A stretch of 64,000 nucleotides of DNA, taken from positions 767,766 through 831,765 of the forward strand of contig NMRA01000034.1 in the NCBI GenBank assembly GCA_002633005.1. Direction: 5' to 3'. The notes under the pieces are model-generated. The model was given only the letters and a program-made list of their open reading frames with translations, did not search any database and was not told the DNA's origin. Within the stretch, counting starts at the first letter, position 1. Every line of letters starts with the position of its first letter. Shown piece after piece: positions 37,294-51,100 of the stretch. The DNA is from Phoronis australis. Its lineage: Eukaryota; Animalia; Phoronida. The position numbers and the translations under genes are program-made.

Positions 37294-37760
37294 AGGGCCT
37301 TTCATACTAACGTCGACACGTCGATGGTTTGGGGAGTTGCGGTCAGTATGAACGCTTAACTCCGGTCCTGGATCGCAGTTAACAGCTCCAGTTAACGTCG
37401 CAGTTAACAGGTGGATTTAAGACCGCAGCGTCAATGCTGCGGTGCAGTATGAACGCTTAACTTCGGTCCAATCGCAGTTATTGCCAGGTGCCACTGTTAT
37501 CGTCAACACTTACAGAGTAGTGCCGTCACTAATAACTACTTAATTTTTGCTCTAATGATAACCAGTTGATTTAAAGATGAGTTTAATGTCATTTAGCACA
37601 TTTAAATGTTCCCAAATTGTCACATTGCGTGCAGCGCTACCTTGCGATAACTTCGATGACGTCAGCGTCACCAACCCTTTACTTCGATGGTCATTAATTA
37701 ACTACCGAAGCCAGTATGAACGGTCGAGTTAACTGCGCTGTTTGCGTTGACACTCCCGCC
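37294..37760 (+). mobile_element. PIF/Harbinger-like MITE, 3'-truncated copy
   Basis: Starts AGGGCCTTTCATACTAACGTCGAC; closely colinear with 44184-44670. Confidence 0.8.
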
Positions 37761-40280
37761 TTATGGGGCAATTGACCTACATGACCTCAAGTCTATTGGG
37801 CAATCTGGATTACCTGTGGGTCACATTAGTTTGTCTCCCTTTTTGATTGGATTTTGAAGGGATTTTAACATGTATGATTTCCTCTGCTTCCTCTGTAGTT
37901 AACACTGCAATTCATAATTGGTGTGGATGCCTAGCTTGATGCAAGTAAGCCAAAATTGTCCCTGGTAAATTCTAAAACATGAAAACAGGTGGTGCCCATC
38001 CCTCCAAATCTCTCACTGACTGTTTGACTTGTTATGACATTTAGTGTTGTTCCTTTGTTTTGTCCAAACAAAGTAATGGATTTCACTGCCCCACCTGAAC
38101 ACTTGGTGGGGGTATTCTGGCAGTGTCAGCGTGGCAGGTCAATACACTTCCAGAAGTGAATGTGTTGAAATTGAAGTTAGGGCGCGGAAGAGACTTTTGT
38201 TTCTTTTTCATGTCGAAGTAGCCATTTTCCCGCGTGGTAGCGATAGTGACTTAATTAATCTGAATCTTTTGGTAACAATGCAGTTTTATGTTGGACAAAT
38301 GTTTAGAGCCTTCTGGAGTTCACAGGTGATATGGCTGGAGAAAGCATGGCTGCAGCTCGAAATTCCAGCAAAGAGCTTTGAGGAGTTTTGGTCAGTCTTG
38401 TAATGCCAGGATTTAAAGAGACATCGCATCTCTTAGAATAGAGTGATTAAACTACAGAATTGTGCAATTCTGAAAACTTCATTTTGCTAAAGCTTAGCTG
38501 GCTTCAAACAAAAAATCAAATTGGCTCTTTTTCTCTCTTGAAAGTCGGTTATAATGCCTTTCTGTGATGCAGTTCTTTTAAGTTACCAAGAACAAGAACA
38601 TCGAAACCACACGCAACTCAAAAAATGCTTCAGAATTTATTGGGGTTGGCCAACTGTAAAACGTTTGTTGTATATAGGAAGAAGAAGAAGGAGTTAGGGA
38701 TCTGAGTTTGTTGTGAAAATGGCATCCTATCACGAAATTTTACGATACTCATTTTTTAGAGTAAAAGGCCTTATGTAATTCAGTTGTTGTTTTTTAGCCA
38801 TCTTATTCGAGCGAAATGCAGCTTTGTTTAACTCCTCTTTTTTGGGATGCGAGTTGTGATTAGAGGTCGTGTCATGCAACATACATATTCAATCAATGAT
38901 GTCAGTTAACTCTGCCATCTGGTGTTGAATCCCTAAAACTAGGAGTAACTGATGTCGATACTGGAGAGGAGTTACTAGGTAAGGTGAGTTGAGATGGAGT
39001 TTCCACAGGCCACTCTTTTTTGATCGCGGGGGAAGTGAAAGCAGTTTCAGCCAGATATCAAATTGGCACATTTCACTAAAAATTCTGAACGTACTAGGCT
39101 CAGTAAATGGTACTTAATTCATTTGAAGTAGTAAGTGTTGTCAGCCGACACGGTTGCCTGTAGTGTAGTTTATCCTAAGCAGGCAGACATTTTAAGTCAA
39201 TTATTTGGTAAAAAGGCTCTATCGAGTAACTCAATCTCCTACCATCCCCATGTATGGCCTTGTAATCGCACCCTCCCACGTGTGAGAAACAACATTATGA
39301 AAACATGCATCTGTTGTCGTTATTGCTGTTTGGGATGCTGTGTTTACTATCTCTGAAGGGCTTTGATTGCAGAAGTGTGGCGCTATCTGTGTGTGTGTGG
39401 ATACCCTGTGCAGTATGATCTGTGTGAATTCTTCCAACAAATTGTCCACCAAATGTGCAGATTCCCTGTAGTTGGTAGCCATGTATGAATAGGGAATGTG
39501 AAATTCACTATTGTACAAGCCAATAACATGCTATAGCATTTTTATAACCCCTAGTCAAATTGACGTTACAGTGTGGTATGTTACTTTGGAGATATGATTC
39601 TACTCTGAAATCTTTTTGCATCTTATATCATTTCTAAACCAATTTTTTATTCTGGTCAATGAACTCACAGAGCTGCAGTAAAACAAGTTAAGAAAGACAA
39701 CCATGCTTACTTGCTTATTGTGTACGGTACTTGGGTGTCCTAATGCTGAAAACACGGAGTCCTTACTAAATTTGAGAATTTGGACGCCCTAGACCCCTTC
39801 TAGATTAAGGTCTTTTGCCTCCTTTTCTCACAAGATATTCAGCAACTGCAGAACGTATTCTGGCCAATTTTTAAGTAAAAAATGGCGGGACAGTTGGCAC
39901 TCTTGTACGAGAACCAAAAAATTGTCAACTCTTAGCTTGTGCCATAGTTTGCAATGCACCTGTCAAAGTCCTAACTGTAAAGTCATATTTGTTCTTCCAA
40001 AAAAAAAAACAACAGCACACAAACAAGCCTCTGTCTACCAGAGATATGTTGATTGGCTGTAATGACCGACTAATCACTTCCTATCTACAATACTCAGATG
40101 GTTTATTACTAGGAAGGCATTGGCTCAAATACCCAAACGTGGTTTCTGCCATTGTTGAACAATCATTTTTTCATATCCTGAGTGCACACATTGTGGTCTG
40201 AATCCAGATCTGCTATTATATCGAGATGTTGAATTTCCTCACTGCTGTTATGTTATGTTATCCATGATAATTCAGCTTAT

Positions 40281-40347
40281 TAATCTTACCCAGTGTTACA
40301 CAAGCCTGGTATTACTAATCTTACCCAGTGTTACACAAGCCTGGTAT
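40281..40347. repeat. 35-bp-period tandem duplication
   Basis: TAATCTTACCCAGTGTTACACAAGCCTGGTAT twice. Confidence 0.85.
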
Positions 40348-43300
40348 GCAATGCATGCATAGGGCTAATTTGCATGCAAACCTGCACTTATTTAGTTAAC
40401 ATCCTACAAACACTGTCCAGACCATTGCCAGCTGGACAACAGCATATATCACTGATGAAGCTCATCTTGGTCTATTAGCCCCAGTTCAGACTAAATGTTT
40501 ATATATACAACAGGGACTGACATACATCTCTTGCAGATCTTGTGCTCCATTGCTTTCTCAGTGCTGTGCCTGTATTTAGAAGATACTGTGTGAATTTTCA
40601 ATCAATACAGTAAATGCCAAAAGTACCGTAAACTCTCACCAATTTAGGTCACAATGTGGTAGATGTGTAAATTTTATTTTCTCATTTTTTGGTGAAGGAT
40701 GCGACAGTACCAGAACGATGCTTAGCCATATCAAAAGTCTTTACTGTAGCTATTAAACAGAGAGTTTGGCGGTTATTGTGGCATTGTGGGTAAATACAGC
40801 GAGATTCGAGTGTCTCTGTTCAATACGGAATGGTTTCATTGTTGGTTAGTAAGGTTTTACGCATGGAGTTCTTCCTTGATTTTTGTTGCACTCGTAGCGT
40901 GTTGCACGCTTCATTCCAGATATAGGCCTAGGTTTACATAGCGGTGCGTGGGCTTTAATTTGAGCATTTACGATAACTGTAAGAGTTCATCTAGTGTAGC
41001 TCTTCATGTATCTGGGTCTCATTTTTGATTTGAGAGCAATTGGGTCAAGTTAAAGTAGATATCAAATGCCTTTGGTATGGTATGTGGCAATCTTAACTTT
41101 TCTACTGGAAGGTTTGCCCGTTGTTTGGCAGATTAGTCATTGCCTTGGTACACTGGTTCTTTTTCTGATTGAGTATATTTTCAAAAGACATTAATGTGTG
41201 ATTTTCATGGAATGCAGACAGACAAGACATCTTGTAAAGTTCTTAATTTCCTGCAAAATATGTATGCTATGGTCTGTTCATTGAAAACAGTTGCCCTGTC
41301 CCAGACAAATATAATAGAAATCAGCTGATTTCCTGTTGGATTAGCACTGAGTGTCAGGAATTCGAACTGTTTGGGTGAAAAAGTGGAAATGAAAGGTAAC
41401 CAGATAGGGAGATTCTAGTTTGACAGATGATTTCGTCAAACTGCCATTTGAACCTGTCAACTTAAACTTCACTTGGGATTAGATTTGGTGGAAAGCTGGG
41501 GCTACACCTTGATCTAAAATCCATTATAATGTATTTGCAAAGATCCGAGATCTGATTTCCTTTTCATAAAAAATTTGTTTGAGAAATTTTTGATTTTTTT
41601 CGTTTTATAGCATACCATTCGTTCCGTTTTATGTTGATGTTATGTACAGCACGGCCTCAACAAGATAGGACACAGTATGGCAGACTAGTGAACTTATGTT
41701 TTCTCAAGTGGCATCAAGTTATTGCTTAACCATTTTCAAGGTCTGTTACATAGCTACTTTAGAGATGTGAACATTTGGAACTCTGTCAGAAGTCTTTGGA
41801 AATAAATAACGGGAAATTTTGGCAATTTGGGGAGATTTTTCCATAAACGCACATGACAAAACTGAAACATTCTTTAATACTACTTGTACTTCTTCAAGAC
41901 ATTTGAATTGGGCTCACGATTGGCACCGAGATAACTAATTTGATTTTATATAAAATTTTCTGTAAGTGAAAAGGATAAATTTTTAGAATTTTGTGGCAGT
42001 TATTGCTGAAATATGTGAATTAAGTTTGAATGTTTGATTCCCTAAAACCCATCCATTCTCTATAATGAAACATCAGGGTCTTTGTATGGGGGATGATCAA
42101 AATTCCCAGTTTGAAGTGCAGTTCTACCATATACTTCTATGTTATACCAGCATTCAATGTCAACATCAATACTCCGTCAACATTGTACATGTAACTTCTG
42201 ATATATGTGGTGGTTTACAGTTCACAGATTTGTTACTGTGAAATTTGATCAATAAAGGACACAACATGGCACGCAAGTGATGTTTTATTTTCCTATTTTG
42301 CCATAGATTCATGACATCAAAACATTCATGGATTTCAGAACAGCTTTGCCATGTTAAAGTTTTGCACCACTAGAAAGCTTCCTACAAACAATATTCTAAG
42401 AAGTGGGACATGATCAGGGTACCCAATTAATGACAATTAATTCTACAGACGTTCCACTTTCATAAAATACATCATACATAGTCCGAGTTAAAATATATGA
42501 TTTTGTAGATATTTGGTTGAATATCAACCTAAGCTACGTCTAACTCCATGTTGACATTACTCTCTGACACAGCGCCACCTGTGACAGTGTGTATGTAGAC
42601 ATGGGTTAAGGTCATTTTGAAATAGCTTTGAAATAGAAACAAAGTAGAGTTTAACAACCCTGCATCCTGTCTAATTATAGCTTGCTGTTCTACATTATTT
42701 CCTGTTGCCCCTGAAGCTTGAAGAGAGTGTATTAAACCTCCGCGGTTAATTTAGGTTTAATTATCGTCTGATGGTTCTTCAACAGTTGCTGCTGAACTCA
42801 ACACATCTCAGATAATTGCATACATTTCAGGTAAACTGTTCCATACCCCAAAACATGGCAATAACATTAAAATATGACTAAAAGCTGTTCGTGATTGAAC
42901 TGATACTGTGTCATGTCCTGCTACTCAAATACTAAAATGAATTGTGAAGAAGTATTTTGTATAAGTTATCTAGTGCTGTTGAGATTTCTTGGCTATTCTT
43001 CGAAACTGGTTTGCTATATGTGTAAAAAACTATAGATTTTTACCCAGTTAAAGTATATAAGTACTGAAGGCAGGAAGCCTGTAGAATTATTTTTTACTTT
43101 TTACAAATCTGCCATTAATTGTGTCACGTGATCATGTCTTGTTAGCAAAATTAAAAAAAAGGGAAGGTATGTTCATGGCAAAACAATGGCTTCAAGAACA
43201 TGATCGAATTTCTTTTAAAATAAATTATCTAGGTAGAATTTCAAAAAACACGGTTACAGTTTTCTAAATTATCTTTTCGTTTTGTTCATCTTTTGAGTTA

Positions 43301-44183
43301 TTTCAAGAAAACCACAAAAGTTCCATTTTGATAGCCTCTCATGCAACATTGGAACAGTTTAAAAACAGTTCCCAATATTGTTTCGGAGAACAACGCATAA
43401 AGCATAACGTCTGAAAGTTTCATTTGAAATTTTTCAACCATTTCTGAGGTATGGCGTTCCGAAGATGACCAAATTTCTACTTTTCCACTGTCCTAAATGT
43501 AACCTTAATTCAAAGCGGTTTTTATTGAGGTAGATCCCACCTGTGTTTTTCAGTGATTCTTGTCAGTCTTACAGTTTTGGTAGTATGATGTTCTTGGGTA
43601 TTTTTTCCCTTACCTTACAGAATTTGTTGACCCCCAACCACTTAAACTAGTAAATTACTAATTACATAGTTGTACACGATTGGTTAAGTAGTTGCTGGGC
43701 TTTGTGTGAATGTGGAATGAGTTTCCTCTGTCACAGATACTGTTTATACATGATGGTTCAATCAGTAGGTCTATGCACTTGTCAATGTGTGCAGGTCTGC
43801 CTCCACAGACACTATGGTAACACTCTGGTTTGGGACAGTCTTTTAAATTTGGGACACCGAAATTCAATTTTCGTGATTCTGAATATTGGTACATGGGCGA
43901 TTTTTGGTACACTTCTTTATTTTTCTGAAATATCGCGCTGTGCGTTTTGTTTCAACAGTCTGAAAACATACTTGACAGTTAACAAGGTCATCGAAAATGA
44001 CCAGACAACATTTTGAGTCGCAATGGTGTATAATGTCCAGGTGAATAGTCACTTGTCAGTGATGGTAATTCTTGAATTTAGGATGTCCAATGTTGCCTTT
44101 TCTAAAATTTGGTACAATTCTAACCTTGAGCATAATAATTTATTTGTCATTGTTGAATGTTCTAAACTAGACAACTTCACTGT

Positions 44184-44670
44184 AGGACCTTTCATACTAA
44201 CGTCGACGCGTCGATGGTTTGGGGAGTTGCAGTCGGTATGAACGCTTAACTCCGGTCCTGGATCGCAGTTAACAGCTCCAATTAACATCGCAGTTAACAG
44301 GTGGATTTAAGACCGCAGTATGAACGCTTAACTCCGGTCCAATCGAAGTTATCACCAGGTGCCACTGTTATCCTCAACAGTTACAAAGTAGTGCCGTCAC
44401 TAATAACTACATATTTTTTGCTCTAATGATAACCAATCGATTTAAAAATAAGTTTAATGTCCTTTCGCACATTTAAATGTTCCCAAATTGTCACATTGAA
44501 AAAATCTTAGCGTTCAGCGCTACCTTGCGATAACGTCGATGACGTTAGCGTCACCAACCCTTTACTTCGATGTTCATTAACTACCGAAGCTAGTATGAAC
44601 GGTCCAGTTAACTGCGCTGTTTACGTCGACGCTCCGCTCAGGCTGGAGTTAAGTCAATATGAAAGGGCCT
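44184..44670 (+). mobile_element. PIF/Harbinger-like MITE, complete copy
   Basis: TIR AGGACCTTTCATA / TATGAAAGGGCCT; 3-bp TSD TGT at 44181-44183 and 44671-44673. Confidence 0.8.
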
Positions 44671-46435
44671 TGTAAGTACTTTGAAGTCAGTAAATTGGCC
44701 GGGGATACTGCAGTAAGGTTCTGACACAGTATGGTGATTAGGTTGATGGGAAAATTGTACGGTTCCATGTCCATACACTAGATGGAGTGACTGTTACATG
44801 ATCCCTGAGTCCTAATTGGTATTAATGAACACGCACCTTTCATTACCAGAAATGAAGCTCCATGAAAATGACTTTGCACTGAGTCTTGGTTTTCTAAGTC
44901 TTGTACTGGTCTTCTGTGCCAAACTATGGCATGATCACTATCTTGTTTCAACCCTAAATGTGTCAAAATTGAGGTGTGTTGTAAATCACTGGTAGTTTTT
45001 TGACAGATTATTTGCTAGGCATACAATTCTTAAGCTTTATAGATGGCTGGACCTACATGGTTGATGTCAGCTGTCAATGTGACTGTTGGGTCATAGCCCA
45101 TTTGAGTTTCTTGTTAAAAGTGGCATTGATGTTTTTGTGTTACAGCTGGCTAGTGGTTAAAAGTCTGAAACTATAAGTTTGCACTCATACTTTTCTTACC
45201 CTTTGAACTGCTTGTATATTTTGGTTTTCCTTTGTTATGAAGGTCTCACAGCTGTGCTATTAAATGTTGTGGGTTTTCTGAATCTGGGAATCTTTAAGGA
45301 AAGGAGGAGTGAGGAATTTCCTGTAGCATTTAATTATTAGTGTTGCTTCTGTGAACTGATTGTTTTCAATCAAATGGTTGATTACTGTTCTCCGTGCAGT
45401 TTTTAAAATTCTGAGCTAAGCCAAGTTTCGTAAAGCCTGTTGGATAGTCTGTATTTTCCTAGTCTACCTTTGATGCAAAGACAATCAAATTATTCTTTGG
45501 ATAACGGCAATGGCCATTCAGTGAAACTGGTTCCCGGTAGCCATTTTGAAGAGGAACCCATTTATCCCATTTTTTCCTAAATGGGCTTACAATTGACAGG
45601 AATGTTTTCAAACATGTGCAATAGGTTATACAACCTTGCCTGAGGTCAACCTATCTCATTGAAAATCTGAAGGAATTTGTATGAACCTACCGAAGACCAA
45701 AGATCACGCAACTCTGCGATGTATCGCCATTTTTATTTGCGTATCACGTGATCACACTAGCTTCCTTCGCAAGATTCTTACACGGGACAGGACTGGACCC
45801 TGGTTAGCGCCATGTCCTGAACATAAGTGGGACAAAAATCCACCTTGTTTCTTATCTCACAAAAGGTCTGTTAGCCTGGCTGTCAGCACTCTGTAGTTGA
45901 TAATATTCTGTTTACATAACATCACCTGACATGATGTAATCTTGGATTAAAAAATTACATTTATCCCTGTGTAAGAAAGAGCCTGTCCTTGCATGAGCAA
46001 GTGGTCTCCTCTCCTGAACTGGAGTGAGATTCCTTCACTTGTTTTGTCCCATGCAAATACTCCAGCTTCTAAACAAACATGGCATCAGCAAGCTATGTAA
46101 ACTTGATCAATCAAATTACAGGGCTTGAATGTGGGGATCTGAATGGCCTGGCATTCTTGTCATGAGAAATCAAGGGAATGTGATGGCTTAAGCTAGATTT
46201 TTATAGAGAAATCCTACTCTCTAGCAGTTAAATTTTTCTTCTTTTTTCATTTTGTAATACAGCAAAGTTCTATTTTCAAAATAATAAATATCGAAAAGAA
46301 TTCTATGAATTTTCTTGCTTTTTTGCTCACTTATGCCGCAGTTCTGATTTATCGATAACTTGCTTGCATGTCATATTTACATTTTTTCAAACTGGAAAAA
46401 GAACTACGCCAACATCAGGAAAAATGATCAATTAC

Positions 46436-46516
46436 TTGTATGTTGCAAAATGATCGGATTGCTTGACTGCTTGTATGTTGCAAAATGATCGGGTTGCTTG
46501 TATGTTGCAAAATAAT
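46436..46516. repeat. Short tandem repeat, about 3 copies of TTGTATGTTGCAAAATGATCGGRTTGC
   Basis: Visible direct repeats. Confidence 0.8.
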
Positions 46517-46585
46517 CATAAAGCAACTTGTGGCCAGGATCTTCTAATTTGATGGATGTTTGATTATCAAAAACCAAGAATATTA

Positions 46586-47268
46586 AGGCCCTTTCCCACA
46601 CAGTTAATTTCACTACAATCCAAGCTTCGATGTTAGCTGTAGTTTACCCTGAAGTTGAGCGTGAGTGTTCCCATCAACTTCGGCATTTAACTTCAGCGAA
46701 GTTATCGCAAGGCGGCGCCAATATGACCTTGGCTTGTTCAATGAGCTATGTATTATTAATTCATCTCATTGGCCCCTATATTAGTTTATATATATTTTTG
46801 TGTCCTTGGCATCAAAAATAGCTAGGACCTACCCTCTCCCACGTAGACACGAGGACGTCAACATTCAGCAGATCCGTGTAAAGGCAGTATGACGTTTGGT
46901 GGGAACTCATTTTGCGTAGACAAAACGTTCTGTGATTTTTTATTATGAAAATCCAGCAAGCACATGGACAAATTGAAACAGAATGCTTATACTGCCAAAA
47001 TAATAAATATTGGAACAAAATCTTAACAAATATTAACCAGTTACCGCTCGCTATTGGTGAACACAGTGGCACCTGCTGATAACTCCGATGGCATCGAAGT
47101 TAGGTGCTCTGATTATGCCGAAGAGTCAATGCTTCAGTGTTAAAGCCACCTCTAAACTTCAGTGTTAACTAGAGGCGCTGTTATCTCTGATAGAAGACCG
47201 AAGTTGAGTGTTCACACTGACCAAAGCTTTGGTAATACTGAAGCTTTTGAGGCTTTGGGAAAGGCCTT
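46586..47268 (-). mobile_element. Related Harbinger-like MITE subfamily, inverted relative to the 37294/44184 copies
   Basis: TIR AGGCCCTTTCCCA / TGGGAAAGGCCTT, TTA on both flanks; contains GAAGTTATCGCAAGG, the reverse complement of a motif in the 37294 copy. Confidence 0.7.
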
Positions 47269-47921
47269 TTAGAATTATGGTTACCGTATCTGATACTGAA
47301 ATATGAGAATTCTGTTCGAAACCTCTAATTCCATAAAAGAAATCAGGTTCAGTAAATATCAGTTTTCCGATATCGCAGAAAAACAGGGTCTTTATGAGAA
47401 TGTGATTACTGCTTAAAAATGACTTTCAATGTAGACCACGTGAACCACTGAATATCTGTGGTGTCAAAATTTTTTTTTCTCAGATTACACGAAGGAAGTG
47501 ATAGTTTGCTATTGCATGAGACCATTTCATCTACTGAGCTGGTCCTCGAGCAATAACGAACTGACACTGAGCAAAGAGATCACTTTCATAAGTAAGGAAC
47601 AATAGCTGATTTTTGTAAATGGCCATGCCATATTGAAATTCACTATCTCGCTGAACGGCGATCAGGTCTTTGGTGGACAGGCGTTCACTGCTACCAGCAG
47701 ATCCCTTGTAATGCAGACGGGAGGTTTCAGTCTACAGGTTTAAACTGTGTTTAAACATCTTCCTTCTATCACAGTCTGTGTTCGAGCTTCAGCAAATAAA
47801 TGTGCTTGCCCGCTGCACCAGTTAATAGAAAATGAGACCACATCTACGTAGGGCCTATATCAGTATAGTTCTGTAGCAGCCGTTCGTTTACACAAACTTC
47901 GTTAAAAACACGACTAGATTT

Positions 47922-48115
47922 ATTGCCTGATGATGAGACATGCAGTCTCAAAATATAGCTACTGTTTTGATTTAAATTTGTTTGTTTGTTTGTTTGTTAT
48001 GTCTCTCGGTGTGTTACGACATACCTGCACACCTGAAGAAAGAAGACTGTTCCGAAACTACGAGCGTACCAGTATCAAGCTTGCAAACAAAAATTCTAGT
48101 CCTGTTTTTAACTAA
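47922..48115 (+). mobile_element. Penelope-like element fragment: degenerate hammerhead followed by an ORF 5' end
   Basis: CTGATGA-T-GAGAC/GTCTC-AAAA (G12 replaced by A) at 47927-47953, then (TTGT)n, then MSLGVLRHTCTPEERRLFRNYERTSIKLANKNSSPVFN, resembling PLE ORF N-termini. Confidence 0.55.
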
Positions 48116-51100
48116 GCTAGGGCCTATATGTGAAGGTTTAATGGCCTGACCGCAATCCACTGGCCCCAGAGGACAACGACTGATCAAACGGGAAAATTTC
48201 AACCCCAGTCCATGTCAAACAGCTGAAATGAATTAATGAACTCGACCTAATCAAACAATGAGAGGGGTTGACAGTGTGCTGCTTTCACACTCTTATTACT
48301 CTGGACAGCAGCAATGTGAGAAGTTTGTTATTATGATCAGTTTTACAACGATTTGTGACCTAAATCGAAAGTTAGTTTTTTTTGGCAAAAGGCAGGTTCG
48401 TAGCTGTGTTATTGTTGTTCATCGGCATCATATATGACCAAGTGACGGGTAGACTAAAATGATTGGTCAGTGTCAGAGAAAAATAGGTGGATGACACAGA
48501 AGCAGTTTTTCTGCCAATATAAAATCTTGGTCATTGGAATCGATTGACTCAACAGGGTACTTTGCAGGTGTTCTTTTTGTGTGTTGGTAGATCGCATGTT
48601 GAATGTGAAGCTGTTGGCATTGTCTATTGAACTACCCAAGTACCTAGGGAATTGCAAATCTGTTAGATGACTAACTTGGCCTTTGTTCCAACAAGATCAT
48701 AGACCTCAGTCTGATGCTAATGCATAATGAATGCAATGGAAGAGTTCATTTACAGCATTCATGGTTTGATAAGGTTGATAACCCATCAGGCAAACATTTT
48801 GCCATAAGTTGACTGCAAATATATAGTAGGGTAGATTACATGTATCCTCCCAATTAGAACTGTGTTGTCTTTATAGGTCAAGTACACTGAAATTTAATGA
48901 TTTTGGTATCTTTGTGACCTTTCTGGTCTGGTTCAGCTAATATTTAGTCGAATTATGAAAACAATTGTGCGATCTGTCTTCACTCAAAATCCCAATGATG
49001 TAAAAGGCTGAACCTTGGTTTGACAATGTCTAATCCTTTGGTTAAACCACTTTTATAAAGGTTTGAAACAGTTTAGTACATATTTTGAATGATGGAAGGA
49101 GTTTAATTGATGTGTGCACTTTAATTCATGGGTTTGTATTAAAAATTTGCCGATGCCAAAAGTTGATTTATCCTTTTCTGCTTCAGTGTAGAATTTGATG
49201 GTCTCAGCAAACTATTTGGTGTTTAGCCTTATGTAACCCAAGCCTGTCATGCAACACAGATCACAGACTGTAGTTAATGACCAGAACAGCTTAAAAATGT
49301 TGGAATGGCCAGTGTACTCCCCACTTTCCTTTCAGTGGCTATTCCAGAGGCCTTCTAGAATAGTCCTTATCACTGCCTGTTTGTCTAAAGGTTGAGCAAT
49401 AGCCACTTTTGTTACCCACCAGTTCAGACAGATGGGCGTTTTATTACTGACTTGAGTGCATAAGGCACCTCCTTGCACCCAAATACTGCTCTCCCAGTGA
49501 TGAAAACAGGCCATTGATGTCTCAGGGTCATGAATGTCGATTTGTATTGAAAACACACAACTACTGGACAACTGTGTGTTCAGTTTTCCACTTTGTATGA
49601 AAAAAATCCGGGGGAAGGTTATTGTTAAGTATCAAAGCCAGAGTATAAAGCTTATTTGGGGGTTTTGTTGCTAGAAAAATGCCACCTGTTTTGTAGTTTT
49701 TTGTGCGGCAAAATATCTAAGCTAGAGGCATTTCTGTTCTTTGTACAAATACGGGTTCACTATGCAAATATTTGTGGTTTTCAGTGCAAGAAAGATGTGG
49801 TGCACTGACTTGAGATGTTGAATGTGTGACTCTCAACTAGTTGTGTTTCATTGGTGCTTCTTCACTGGGTTAGGACTAAAATATCTTCAGTTTGGGACGG
49901 TCTCCAAAATCTGGGGATCTGAAATCCATGGTAGAATGTAATTTTCCTAATTCTGAAATTTGGTGCAGGGTGATTTTCGCAGGTATCATATCTCTCAAAT
50001 TTAGGACTGGGGTTTTGTTTTTGCATAACAGGGTGTGAAAATAAATTTGGAAATTGAGAAAAGCAACACTGATCATTTACATTACAGTGAAACGTGTTGA
50101 TGGTGCCCTGAAGTTAGGATGCCCGATTTTGTTAATTTCTCTTAATTAGGTACAGGCTATGGCCCTGTGTGAAATAACTATTTTCCTATGCCCCAAACTA
50201 GAGAATTTTTACCGTATTTTTGCGGTGACTTACTGAAAGAACTTAATGAGATTATTCCAACTTCAACCGATGTTTTATCAAGCGTCGGTACCCTTTGCAT
50301 TTCAGATGCAGTTAACATGATTACAGGAGCGCTGTCAGTATGTGGACATTCCTTTACTGCAGCATTAAAAAGTGACTGTTGTAAGCAGGAAAGTGTCTGG
50401 ACCCCTCTGAACTCTTCGTTGGATCTGGCCCTCCTTTGAATCTTTCTTACTGTCATGTCATCACGTTTATCTTTTAAACTGGAGTCTCAACATTTTAGTC
50501 CGGCATTGACATGGCTGCAATGTTTTGGCCCATGTACTTTAAAAGGTTTGGTTAGTTCACCACATTTAAAACTAACTGTTTTTGCACTTGCAGACAGCCA
50601 TGCTTGTTGAAATGTACACTATCTAACCACTGCTTGGAATTTATGTCTGGTAGAATTCCTCATCAGAATTTGAGACCATGGGTGTGTAAATTGGCATATT
50701 TATCCCATTACTGGTCACCCAATCTTTTTTCCCTAAACAGCTTGGCATTGTTTGTGGCACTAACTGACTGTCAGAATAGTAGTGCTGTTTTAAAGTTTCA
50801 GCGTTCTCCTTTGAAATGGCGTTTAGGTATTAGCTTGGACACTTGTAGATGGGTGAGTTTTACCGTACCTTGTGCAGGGTTAGAAAAGTGGAATTTATTT
50901 GGGAATCACTGTGTCTGGAAATGGCGACATTACACTGTACTGTCATCTGGAGTGGGTAGATAATTGAAATAAAACTGAGTTTTAGTCAAAACAACAACAG
51001 TCCATAGTGTTGGGTGTGGGGTGCAGCCGGCTCCGTGCATAAACAACTTATGGCCATGTCAGTACAACGTTTGAATATTTCTCGTTTTTATGTGTAGGTT

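Noticed and set aside
48033-48060. CTGAAGA...CCGAAAC resembling a second hammerhead
   Set aside because: No proper stem II or stem I; explained by the codons of the ORF fragment.
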